Assembly: GCA_009602735.1 (NCBI GenBank)
Contig: WELA01001312.1
Span: 1-40,313, forward strand
Reading direction: 5' to 3'
From: Mesotaenium endlicherianum
Taxonomy: Eukaryota
Length of the DNA: 40,313 nucleotides
Shown here: positions 1-11,493 of the stretch, piece by piece
Layout: each line of letters opens with the position of its first letter
How positions within the stretch are numbered: position 1 is the first letter of the stretch
Position numbers and translations under genes: made by a program
The notes under the pieces: generated by a model
Seen by the model: the letters and a program-made list of their open reading frames with translations, nothing else
What the model was told of the DNA's origin: nothing
The model's database searches: none

Positions 1-76
1 TGTGTTCAAAGATCCTTGTCTTGAATAGATAAACTATTCTGTTTTACTAAGTACTTTATCTATCTGTTTTACTACA
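1..76 (-). mobile_element. Probable start of another LTR inserted into the extra ORF of element A (runs off the window)
   Basis: On the minus strand, homology of A to B's ORF3 stops after GAAGGGGAGA (pos 77) and AT-rich sequence begins with TGTAGT, a typical LTR start. Confidence 0.4.
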
Positions 77-479
77 TCTCCCCTTCCCTCCGCAGGATGT
101 CCTTCTGTGACTCACTGCGACTTCTCTGGGCATAATTGGAGGCCTCTTCCAATAGATCAAAGCCCTTGCCCAGCACTGCGTAGCGGTAGCTGCTGATTCT
201 CCTATGTTCTTCTTCAGGGTGCTACTTCCGCCTCTCCTCAGCTTGCCTCTCCTCCTCTGCCTTCTTGGCCTCCTCTGCAGCTTTTTTGTCCAGTTCTTTT
301 TGCCTCAGCCTGGCCTGTTCCTCCTCGTTCTTTTTCTTCTGTGCCTCCCGCTGTTGTTGGAGTCGTTGTGATTCCCGAGCAAAGATGGAGGATGATTCGA
401 TGTTGTTACAACATTGCTAGTATTTTGCATGTGTCTCTTCCGCCCTTCTCTTCCTCTTAAGTTCCGACTTCTGAGTCAT
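77..479 (-). pseudogene. 5' part of the extra ORF (ORF3) of element A, with two in-frame TAG stops
   Basis: Reads MTQKSELKRKRRAEE...YRYAVLGKGFDLLEEA and aligns codon for codon with 15205 onward. Confidence 0.9.
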
Positions 480-826
480 CCTACTCAATCATAAACACAA
501 TGCAGTTGGTGTAGTCATGATACTTTGCCGTTACTGAGTACCCTTGGTGGAGTAGAACGTGGTAGGGAGAGTGTAATACCTTGTGTGAGTGAGTATAAGA
601 GGAGGCTTGAGTCAGAGAGAAAAATGGAGTGTGAGCGCAAGTTGAGTGTGTCGAATGGTTGTATAAAAAGGTGCGTGGTTGATCCGGAGACGAAACACAC
701 TCCTCCAACTTTACTTTAAGGTGGACTGCCTGTCGCAACTGTCAATACTGTCACTAACTAGCACGTGCCCCTCCAACTTACATAGAGACACCTCTTTTCA
801 CCTTCCCATGTCTACTGAAATGATGG

Positions 827-3800
827 TTAGGAAAGTTTGCCAGCCGCCCGAAGGTGGAACCGCGTCAACGCCCTTTTGGCATTGGTTAGCTGGTCTTTAC
901 ATTCCCAAGTGTTTCGAGGGGCATCGTAACCCTTCCATCTGACCAGGTACTTCATGACATATTTCGATGATCGACGGACAGAGCGAGCGTCTAAAATTTC
1001 CTCAACCTCATATTTCTTAGGGTCACCATCCTTGACAGTGGAGACCAATCCCGGTTGGGCAAGTAACCGCCCTGTGAACATTGTGTCACCTTTGATGTAC
1101 GGTTCCAAGAAGGAGACATTAATGACTGGGTGACCCTTGTAGTCCGCTGACATGTACAGTTTCTAAGCATTCTCACCCACACTGCGCACCACCGAATATG
1201 GACCGGCCCAGATTAGACCAAGCTTTTTCTTGACCACAACAGGCGGGTACAGGTGTTGAGAATGCAGTTTGACCAAATCGCCCTTAGAAGATGTCAGCTC
1301 TCCCCGGTGCTGATTAGCGTATTTTTGTTGATTTTCTTGGACTGTGTGCAGGTTTGTCAGGACTTATGATAGTGTGTGAGCAACCTCCAGAGTTAGCTGG
1401 AGAGACACCGAATTGTCAATCCCGTCAGGGTGAGTTAAAGACTCCCCTAGCACATTTGAAGGAGACTTAGGGACTCTACCCAGACTGAGTTCAAACAGGG
1501 TCTTTCCCGTTGACGCGTGCACCGCACTGTTGACCGCAAAGTGAATTTGAGGCAACACGTCATTCCAATTGTCTTGTTTTATTTTAATATATGCTCTCAG
1601 CACCTCTTGCGGAACTCGGTTAGTTCTTTCAGTCTGCCCATCACTTTGAGGGTGGTTGGCTGTGCTGAGCAGCTGTTTGACTCCCATTAACCCCATGAAA
1701 GCTCTCCAGAACTTAGAGGTAAATTTTGAGTCTGTGTTTGAGATGATATTGGAGGGGAGCCCATGTTGGCATACTGCATGGTTATAGAACTGTCTCGCAG
1801 TTTTGAGTGCAGTCACTTTGGCAGTGGTGGCGATGAAAATGACCATTTTTGTCAGTTTATCCACTACTACCAGTATCAAATCATGCCCATTGGCAAATCT
1901 TGGTGATGTTCCCACCCAATCCATAGATATTGTTTCCCAGCGTCCACCTGGGATGGGCAGTGGTTGTAGGAGACCTCCGAGTGGTGTGTGCCTAGACATA
2001 TTTCTCTGACATTGATCACATGACTCAACATATTTCAAGACCTCCCGAGGCAACCCATCCCTATGATAATGTTTTGCCAGTTTGCCAACAGTTTGGGCCT
2101 GCCCCAAATGCCCACCCAGTAAACTGTCATGTGCTTGACTCAGTAAGAGAGACCTTATTACCAAGTTATTAGGAATGACCAGCTTCAACGTGCCTGAAGT
2201 GGTTTCTGTCACCCAGACGCCTTCCTTAAGTCTTTAGCCAAGTGCAGTAGTAGGACACACACAATCCGTGGGGCTTGGCTCAAATGTTGGGTCAGAAAGG
2301 TAGTTTTTCTTAAGTTGTTCAAGGAAGGACGTTTTGACCTTTAGTGAAGTGAGTGCGCAAAGGACCTAATCTATAGCATGCTGACTGAAGCTCCTTTCTT
2401 GCAAGTCAAGTCTTCTAGAGAGTGCATCAACAGGATTCAACTTCCCTGGTTTATAGTCAATCTGGACTTGGAACTATTCCAGCATCTGGCTCCAGCAGTT
2501 CTCCCTCCTTGACAACTCAGACTTTCTCTGAAAGTGAGTCAGAGCTAGATGATCTGTGATCGCCTTGAAAGCTTTACCATGTAAGTATGCTCTCCACTGG
2601 TTAAGCACATGAATGATAGCAAGCAGCTCTTTATTGTGCACAGAATAGTTAATGTCAGCTTGGTTAAATTTCATAGAATCATATCGCACAGGGTGCCACT
2701 CGTGCCGGACCTTACCATCCTTGGTGGTTTTGTCAGCAGTCTGCAACAAAATAGCACCCAAGGCAAAGTCAGAAGCATCAGTAACCACCTGCACCGGTTT
2801 GCTGGGGTCATACACGGCCAAGACTAGAGCATAACAAAGAGCATCTTTAAGGGTCTGGAAGGCAGCGTGCTGCACTTCCCCCCACACATACTCTATTGTC
2901 ATTCTTAGTAAGGTCAGTCAGTTTACTGGCCTTGGTAGAATAATTCTAAATAAACTTCCTATAGTAGTTAGCCAACCCAAGGAAGGATCTAACTTCAGAG
3001 CCAGACTTTGGTACTAGCCAGTCCCTTATGGTCTACACTTTCTTAAGATCTACACTGATGCCTTCTTTACTGACAACTTGGCCTAAGAATTCAATACGTT
3101 CCTTAAAGAAATCACACTTGCTCATTTTAGCATATAACTGATTTCTTCTCAAAGTGTCCATGATTGTCTTTAAGTGTTTAGCATGCAGAGCTTCACCTAT
3201 AGAGAAGATTAAAATATCATTTAAAAAGACTTATCCAAAGTCAGGTCTCAAAATGTCATTCATAGCACCTATGAAGGTTGCGGGAGCATTAGTGCGTCCA
3301 AATGGCATCACATTAAACTTATAGTGTCCATAACGAGTGCGGAAGGCGGTCTTGTGTGCATCTATCTCATTAACTCTGATTTGACGATGACCACTCTTGA
3401 GATCTATCTCACTAAACACTTCAGCACCACACAGGGTATCAAGCATGTCCTTGATGATGGATAAAGCGTACTTATTCTTTACTGTAATTCTGTTAAGAGC
3501 TGTGTAATCAACGCACACCAACATACTTCCATCCTTTTTCTTAACAAATAGGATGAGTGCGCCATAAGGTGATATATTGGGAAATATAACCATTTTCTTG
3601 AAGCTTTGCAATCCGTATTTTCAACTCTTCGCTCTCCACATAAAACAAGCTATAAGTGTGTTGCCAGGGTGGCTGACTCCCAAGTAATCTATCGTATGAT
3701 GCACTTCCCTCTTAGAAGGTGTGCCTGGAGGCATATTCAACACATCAGTACACTGAGCAATAATTTTTGAGCAGTATGGTGCTCCGAAGGCCTAACCTTT

Positions 3801-4547
3801 TTCTCCACCACTTCTTCAGGTTGAGGAGGTACCTCTCTTAGCAGCAGACAGAACACTCTGTCTTCCTTCTGGTTCCAGCTTTCGATGAACTCAATTGCAT
3901 TCAGCAATTTGCATCCCCCTAGAAGGTTCTTCTTTTCCTTCATTCGCCATTCATACAGGACAAGAGGAAGAGCACTGGTGGGTGCCAAGTGAGTATGCCC
4001 ATCATTGGCTCCTCTCACTTAAAATGTACCTCTGCTCCAACACACTTCAGCTTGATGTCTGTTAAGCCAGGACCTGCCTAGCACGAGATCATAACAGCCA
4101 GTATTGAGTTCCTCAAAAGTAAGCGTTTCAGTTAGAACTGCAATGCCATAACCTAACTGGACCTCAATAGACATGGTAATACTTCCTCCCGAGATACTCG
4201 AGGCATCTCCAAGGAATAATTTTCTATTCCCTTGGGCTACAGTAGGCAGCCTTAGCCGCTTATCTAAATTCTTATGGATAAAAGTATGTGACGCCCCTCC
4301 GTCAACAACTGCCCTCACCTTCCTACCTGCAATCATGCAATGCATAGGATGGGGGAGACTGTCTTTTCCTGACTTTTGCATTTTTCTCCTGATTTAGCAA
4401 AGAAATGTTGGACATCTGGTGGAACAAAATCACCCAAAGTGTGCACCCTCTGAGAATCTATATTGCTGATGGTCTCCTTTATCTAGTCGTTAGGCATGCA
4501 TAATAAATCCAGTTCAGCAGGACCCGTAATACCTGCTACGAGGGCAG
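827..4547 (-). pseudogene. pol: pol of element A (PR-RT-RNaseH-INT-chromodomain), fragmented
   Basis: ORF pieces carry [10 protein letters not shown] (PR), CVDY..LN and MPFG (RT), TDASDFALGA (RH), GGHLG..CDQC and DGQTER (INT), YEVEEIL..YLVRWKGY..NTWE (chromodomain). Confidence 0.95.
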
Positions 4548-5870
4548 CTAGTGACCACCTTGAGAGTGACCACCTCTTCCTCTAGACTGTATAGCATTAT
4601 ACTCATACCCATATTCATCACCCTGATTATCCCCAGCCTGGTCTCCTTCAATTGCATTGTAGGAATCGTTGGGCTTTTTGACTATCTTAGACACCAAAGC
4701 ATTACTCTGGCGCTTGTGATTTGAACTGCTGCTGATCCCAGGCATCAGCGTCCTGAATCAATTCTGCCCGTTTCTCATACTTCTTCTCAGCAAAATAACC
4801 AGAGACCTCGGATTTCAAGCCATACCTGATGTATGCTATCCTATACCACTTTGACAAGTCTGGCTGCTTCATCATGTTCTCTTGGAACTTCTCAGGAAAC
4901 TCAGCAACTGAAGTGGTGAGCTTCAGTGTCAGGGAGATCATCGCATAGATAGCTTTCTCCTATTGGTTGATGACGTCAAACTTCTCATGCAACATCTCAA
5001 CAAACTCTACCCAAGTAGGGTCACCAAGTTGCAGAGCCTTACGCTCTCCTTTCCAATACAGCCACCAGTCTGCTACACTGCCTTTCAGTCGAGCACCAGT
5101 GTGCCTGATCATCTCGTGATCCTGCAGCTCTGGGTAGTTCTCCAGCCACTGCTCAACATCAGCGAGAAACTTAATCAGGTAATAATTTTTGTTTTCCTCA
5201 GGGTCATAGTTCTGGGGAGGTTTTGGTTTAGGCTTACTAGGCCCTCTGCCACCACCATCAGTGGTTTGAGAACCAGTTGGTTTCTGTCCCGCAGCAGAGA
5301 AATTATGATTCTTTTCTCCTCCTGTTGGGACTGATACATGCCCGCCATTTGCGATTGCATTTGCACAAACAATGCTCCCAAATCTACACCCTGAGGTGGG
5401 AGTCTAGCAAATGCAGCAGCAGCAGTGGCGTCCACTTGCTGAGGAGCGTCCCCCGCAGACCCTCTCCCTCCTGCAGCAGCAATTCCTGCCGCATTCAGCT
5501 GGCCACAAATTCGACCTAGAGGTACATTGACTTGTACAGCAGCAGGTGGGTTTAGAACATTGGCCCTTGTTGCCATAAGTTCCTCAACAGTGCGCTCGTG
5601 CGCTGGCTGTCCTTCCCTCCTTTTTGTATCGTCAGCAGCTTTTGGTAATCGTTCAGCTTCTGATCTGACTCTCTCCTCTTGAGCCTGTTGTGCTGCAACC
5701 GCAGCAACAGCAGTTGCCTCTTGTGCAGCTTCTCTAGCTGCAGTATCTGCCCCTGCTTCAGAGTAGGTACGGGTTCCCGCTACATGGCTTTCAGCCTGGT
5801 TTTTGACATTCTTGTTATCCTGGTTCTCAATGTCTTGGGAGTTGCTAGTTTGAGACTTTGTCCTTACCAT
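4548..5870 (-). pseudogene. gag: gag of element A (frameshifted; zinc knuckle deleted)
   Basis: ATG about 20 nt after the PBS (MVRTKSQ...); homologous to B gag; lacks the CCHC segment present at B ~10598-10800. Confidence 0.85.
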
Positions 5871-5891
5871 ACAAAGAAGACTGTGATAACT

Positions 5892-5903
5892 GCTTCGATA
5901 CCA
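5892..5903 (-). promoter_or_regulatory. Primer binding site, initiator tRNA-Met type
   Basis: TGGTATCGAAGC one base after the LTR end ...CATTTCA; the plant iMet PBS consensus is TGGTATCAGAGC. Confidence 0.8.
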
Positions 5904-5904
5904 C

Positions 5905-6611
5905 TGAAATGAATCGCCTTACCAAAGAGGCGATAGATAATTAATGAAGATCTTTATATCAGCAAGTAATCTTCATGGTATTTTCTGATATTTGATTAAA
6001 CAGCAAAAGACAACACACTAGCAGTGAACAATGCTCGTAAGTCAAATGCAAGTAAACTAGCATGAATAATGCAATCAGTAAACTCATACATAGGCAAGGC
6101 TAGAAGGCAGTGCCTATCAATGGCTTCTCGCCTTGGATTCAAGTCTCTCTCAGTAAGCTGTACCGGAGAGTTGGCCTCGTTTCCGAATGCCTAACTCGAG
6201 AGCAATCGCTAGGATATGTATGGGGAATGCGTTAACTGTTCAACGGCAAGTGCGATGGCACCGGCTACCCGAGAGTTAACCACGCTGGCAGGACCTCGAT
6301 TAACCAAATACACCGCCATTTCCCATCATCTCGAATCGCCATCTATCTTAGGGATGTCATCTGGCCATTCATCTAGCATACCACACTTAGATGCATATCT
6401 AGGCAGTTTGCTGCTACCGAGTACGGAAGTCAAAGAATGTGTCAACAAGCTGACTTGAGTTGACTTAAGCCTGCTGCTTCCGCCTGAGTCATTAAACTAA
6501 TAATTATATCAATTCAGCAAACTGAATGTTGATTAAAGTTCAGCACGCTGAACTTAATTAACTTTTATATTTAAATGAATACTATATCTACCAACATACT
6601 GATTAATTACA
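5905..6611 (-). repeat. 5' LTR of element A (~707 bp)
   Basis: Minus strand runs TGTAATTAATCAG...ATTCATTTCA; homologous to LTRs at 9163, 16937 and 17393. Confidence 0.9.
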
Positions 6612-9001
6612 GATAACGACTTTCACATAATCGCTGACTGAGATAACTCAGTCCTTTGGTCGGAGAGTTAACGTTGACCTTCCGTACCTGGGCGACCGTA
6701 ACTTGCGCTGCACGTGCGGCACTATCGAGTGGATAGCAGTCGCGATATTAATCGTATGCAATATGTTATGTTATTTCAAGTAGTTTAGCAAATAAATATG
6801 GGATATGCTACGTGCTGTGTATGTATTTAACTATCTAAAAAATATTGTTGCTATGCTGATGTAACCTGTAGAATGCTTTAGCTATAATTACAACAGTATC
6901 CATGGCAACTCCAGACCACCTATAGAACGTTCTGCGCGCGTGCCGGTGAGGGAAGCAGTAATCTATCCCTAAATTTCTGACTATTCGTGATTGCGACTCT
7001 GGTAGGTGGTAGTGCTAGCATCTATTATGGATTGATGGCTATAGCTATGCTTACTTGTGCTGTATGTGGGTTTGCTAGAAGCAATATTTGCTATGCCGCT
7101 TGCTGTCGTGCCTAACAGCGTCGGACCCCTAGCACGTGCGTTGCTTCTCTGCACGTGTGCCTTCAACCTGGTCGACGTGTCGGCGGTCCCTTTCATGTGC
7201 AAGAATCCCCTGGTTGTTTGGTCGGTGCGTTGCTGCACGTGGGAAACCGACTGGATTGATGGACCCGTGCACATGTGTCAGTAGCGGACTGGCTTGGTGT
7301 TGACCCATTCTTGGTCTTTTTGCACTTGCATCATGCGGTGAAGCATCCCACTCTCAGTGCTTCCCATGCTCAACCAGTTCCTCCTGCCACACTACCAACA
7401 CTTAGTAGAAATTTTCAAAAAGTTATCTTATACTCAGCTTCCCTTGCACCCCTCCCTTTCAGCTGAGGCATCCGTGCCTTTCAGCTGCAAACTTCTATCT
7501 CTTGGCTCTATGGCTGGGGTTTTTAGGAAGGCAGTCAGGACATTCCCATCGTCCTGCCATAATCTCTTCTTCACCAATGCGGAAGGTGGGCCAACGGGCA
7601 CTACATTTATCCCAAGTTACAATTGCTCTTTGATCATCCAGTACTTTGCAGCTGACATAAGGCATGGCTAGCACCATTTCCTCAGGCATAGACTTAACCG
7701 TAGAGATATTAGCACAGCGAGCAGCTATGCACGTGATCACTCATGGTCTTACCATCAGAACCTTCCAGTTCCAACACAAAATTGTCGAACGCATGTTTCA
7801 CTAGTAAGATCACTGCAACTGAACTAGAGTCGATGGTGGTCTTGGTGTGGCGCTTGCGGTGCACAAAGTCTCCTTCCTGGATCTGCGTCATTTGCAGGCG
7901 GTAGCTCCCATCTCGCGTCTTGGCGTAACGCTGCGTGTCTCTTTTCTGTGCAATTTTTAGATTGTCCAGGGCAGCAGGCATCATGCGCTCAAATAACGCC
8001 GTACGGCGTACCATGACCTTTAGCAGTCATCAGGGTTGTCCAGGTCTTTCACCTGCTCAATCTCCTGCTTGATTAAGCTGGGCACAACTGGACTTTTGCC
8101 AAACACGATTTGAGAAGGCGAGTAATTTGCCAAAGCAGCTTGCTTACTAAATCTGTAACCCATAACCAGCCGTGGCAGGGCCAGATCCCAATTACGCTTA
8201 TCGTACTCAAGGCAAAATTTGCGCAATGCAGACTGAATGGTTTGCACCATCCGTTCTACTAGACCATCTTCTTATGGGTGGTCTCTAGATGTAGTGCGCT
8301 GGTCAATGAAGCATCTGTCCAAGAGTTTCTGAAAAGATTCTTGGAACTTAGACCCTTGGTCTGTCAGCACTTCTGCTGGAGCTCCATGACGTACAATAAC
8401 ACCGTTGAGGAGCGCTTCCGCGGTCCCCAAGCTCTTCTTAGCAATTAGAGATGCAACCTCTATCCACTTAGAGGAATGCTCAATCATGACCACAATGTAC
8501 TTGTTACCTCGCTTGGACCGCGGTAGCTCACGTGCGAGATTGCAGCTCCATCGGTAGCCTAAGCCCATGGCAGAGGTTGCAGGTGTGGGTTTTGCTGTGT
8601 AAAACCAGTCTTGACGCGACCACAGCTTTGGCAGGCTTTGATCACATCCTCACACTGCTGCTTCATGCCCCTCCACAAGTAAGACAGCTCCAGAAGACTG
8701 TATGTCTTCTTGACACCATAGTGTCCAGTATTCTCGTGCATTTCCAGCATCAGAGCTCGCCTTTCGGTGGGTTATGGCACCAACTTCTCATGACCAGTTT
8801 CTTCAATCTTGAATAGGTTATTGCGTTTCCAGCAAAACCTTTTTGCTCGATGGCTAACCTGGTCCTTCTCTTTCACAAATAATCCCTCCATGTGGGCTCC
8901 CGTCTTCAGCCAGTGCATACTGGCTTGATCTTTGCTATAGTCTCTCACAAATTTACGATGGTATCCGCTTAACCCTAACAGAGCTTTTAGCTTAGACACA
9001 T
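6612..9001 (-). mobile_element. 3' part of older non-chromovirus Ty3/Gypsy element D (RT tail, integrase, PHD-like tail, 3' LTR remnant)
   Basis: LKALLGLSGYHRKFV (RT thumb), H..TGHYG..CQSC (INT zinc finger), VLTDQGSKF (core); 6612-6740 aligns with 20037-20173. Confidence 0.85.
7495..8999 (-). pseudogene. pol: Fragmented pol of element D; RNase H apparently deleted near 8930
   Basis: ORFs 8772-8999, 8559-8750, 8272-8568, 8020-8250, 7709-8014 and 7495-7740 follow in integrase order; the RT thumb joins directly to the pre-integrase linker. Confidence 0.8.
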
Positions 9002-9162
9002 TGTGATGAATCAGTTCATTATTTATTGAAGTAATCGCATGTATAAATACTACACTGCCTAAGTATCATGTCCATATACTCACATACGCAAGTTCATTTA
9101 AATGAATGTATGTCGATGTAATGCGAGTTTACTTTGTCAAAAAGGTCAGCAGGATGACTTTT
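9002..9162 (+). repeat. 5' fragment of a related LTR (family C), interrupted by element B
   Basis: TGTGATGAATCAGTTCATT...GGATGACTTTT aligns with 37161-37358. Confidence 0.8.
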
Positions 9163-9785
9163 TGTAATGAATCTGTATATTAGTAGATACAATATTCATT
9201 TGAATATAATAGTTGTTAAGTTCAGCCTACTGAACTTTATGTAGTATTGAGTCTGCTGGACTTCATATAATTATCAGCTTAAGGACTCAGCCGGAAGCAG
9301 CAGGCTGAAGCCAACTTAAATCATTCTTGACACATTCTTTGACAGCCAGCTGACTTCCGTACTCGGTAGCAGCGAACTGCCTCGATATGCATCTAAGTGC
9401 GGTATGCTAGATGAATGGCCCTATGATGGTGCCATCGCACTGCCCGTTGAACAGTAAACTCATTCCATGTACATATGCTAGGCATTGCTCTCGAGTTCGG
9501 CATTCGGAAACAAGGCCAACTCTCTGGTACAGCTTACTGAGAGAGATCTGAATCCAAGGCGAGAAGCCATTGATACGCACTGTCTTTCAACCTTGCTTAT
9601 GTATGAGTCTACTGGTTGCATTATTGATGCTAGTTTACTTGCATTTGACTTACGACTATCATTCACTGCTAGGGTGTTGTCCTTTGCTGTTAAATCAATT
9701 AACGAACAATACCATAAAGATTACTTGCTGATATAAAGATCTTTATTAATTGTTAATCGCCTATTTGGCAAGTCGATTCATTTCA
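9163..9785 (+). repeat. 5' LTR of element B (~623 bp)
   Basis: TGTAATGAATC...CGATTCATTTCA; shares an internal deletion (GAATGGCC-CTATGATG-GTGCCATC) with the 3' LTR. Confidence 0.9.
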
Positions 9786-9786
9786 G

Positions 9787-9798
9787 TAATATCGGAGC
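9787..9798 (+). promoter_or_regulatory. Degenerate PBS (tRNA-iMet type)
   Basis: TAATATCGGAGC at the same position as A's TGGTATCGAAGC; TGG has mutated to TAA. Confidence 0.65.
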
Positions 9799-9819
9799 AG
9801 TTATCACAGTCTTCTTTGT

Positions 9820-10742
9820 ATGGTAAGGACAAGGTCGTAAACTAGCACCTCCCAAGAGATGGAGAACCAGGATAACGAGAATGTCAAAAATCAGGCGGAA
9901 AGCCATGTAGCGGAAACCCGTATCTATTCTGAAGCAGTGGCAGATACTGCAGCTAGAGAAGCTGCAGATGAGGCAGCTCCTATTGCCGCAGTCGCAGCAC
10001 AGCAAGCTGAGGAGGAGAGAGCCAGATTAGAAGCTGAACAATTAGCAAAAGCCGTAGAAGATACAGAAAGGAGGGAAGAACAGCCAACTGACGAGCGCAC
10101 TGTCGAAGAACTTATGGCATCAAGGGCCAATGTTCTGAACCCACCTCCTGCTGTACAACTCAATGTATCCCTAGGTCAAATTTGTGACCGGCTGAATGCG
10201 GCAAGAATTGCTGCTGCAGGAGCGAGAGGGACTGTTGAGGACACTACTCAGCGAGTAGATGCCACTGCTGCTGCTGCATTTGCTAGACTATCAGACTTGC
10301 TAGAACGGTATAGGATAGCATACTTCAGGTATGGCTTGAAATCCGAAGACTCTGGTCATTTTGCTGAGAAGAAGTATGAGAAATTGCTGACTTGATCCAG
10401 GATGCTGATGCCTGGGATCAGCAGCAGTTCAATGACAAGCGCCAGAGTAATGCTTTGGTGTCTAAGGTCGTCAAGAAGCCCCACGGTTCCTACAATGCAA
10501 TTGAAGGAGACCAGGCTGAGGATGATGAGGGTGATGAGTACGAGTATGAGTATAATGCTATACAGTTCAGAGGAAGAGGTGGTCACTCTCGAGGTGGCTA
10601 TGGAAGAGGTGGTGGTAGGACTAAGCCGGGACACGCCTCAGCAATGTCTGTTTGCTTCCATTGCCAGCAATTGGGCCACTTCAGAGAGCAGTGTCCAATC
10701 AAGCACCTTCCAAAGGTCAAGAGAAAGGACCAGCCTTTATAA
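9820..10742 (+). pseudogene. gag: gag of element B (early stop, ~540-bp internal deletion, frameshift; CCHC zinc knuckle retained)
   Basis: ATG at 9820 then TAA at 9838 (Gln in A); CFHCQQLGHFREQC knuckle; RGG-rich stretch. Confidence 0.88.
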
Positions 10743-10809
10743 GACAGCAACAATAAGTAATCCAGTCTACTGACTGTGAGGATGCTAGAGATAGTGAGTC
10801 GTCACTAGC

Positions 10810-11493
10810 TGCCCTCGTAGCAGGTATTATGGGTCCTGCTGAACTGGATTTATTATGTATGCGCGACAACCAGATAAAGGAGACCATCACCAATATAGAT
10901 CCTCAATGAGTGCACACTCTGGGTGATCTTGTTCCACCAGATGTCCAACATTTCTTTGCTAAATCAGGAGAACAATGCGAAAGTCAGGAAAAGACAGTTC
11001 CCCCTATCAGACTGCATTGCATGATTGCAGGTAGGATGGTGAGGGCATTTGTTGACGGAGGGACGTCACATACTTTTATCTACAAGGACTTAGGTAAGCG
11101 GCTAAGGCTGCCTACTGTCACCCAAGGGAATAGAAAAATATTCCTTGGAGATGCCCTCGTGGTTGGTATTATGAGTCCTGCTAAACTGGATTCACTATGC
11201 ATGCCTGACAACCAGGTAAAGGCGACCATCAGCAATATAGATCTCCAAAGAGTGCACACTTTGGATGATCTTGTTCCACCTAATGTCCAACATTTCTTTG
11301 CTAAGTCAAAAGAACAATGCAAAAGTCAGGAAAAGACAGTCCCCCCTATCCTACTGCATTGCATGATTGCAGGTACGAAGGTGAGGGCATTTGTTGACGG
11401 AGGGGCGTCACATACTTTTATCTACAAGGACTTAGGTAAGCGGCTAAGGCTGCCTACTGTCACCCAAGGGAATAGAAAAATATTCCTTGGAGA
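10810..11493 (+). repeat. In-frame 342-bp tandem duplication of the protease N-terminal region
   Basis: Units start at 10810 and 11152 with TGCC microhomology at the junctions; single copy in A. Confidence 0.92.

Larger units (their letters stand above)
77..6611 (-). mobile_element. Ty3/Gypsy chromovirus LTR retrotransposon, copy A (decayed; 3' end interrupted)
   Basis: Minus-strand order is LTR, PBS, gag, PR, RT, RH, INT, chromodomain, extra ORF; colinear with copy B; many stops and frameshifts. Confidence 0.95.

Noticed and set aside
6216..6458. Short ORFs inside LTRs (also 9485-9736, 17600-17993, 37502-37723)
   Set aside because: Frames are not preserved among LTR copies
10730..10910. 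Programmed gag-pol frameshift or readthrough
   Set aside because: Several stops (10740, 10754, 10907) and no clear slippery site; the TGA at 10907 is AGA in the duplicate unit, so decay is the simpler explanation
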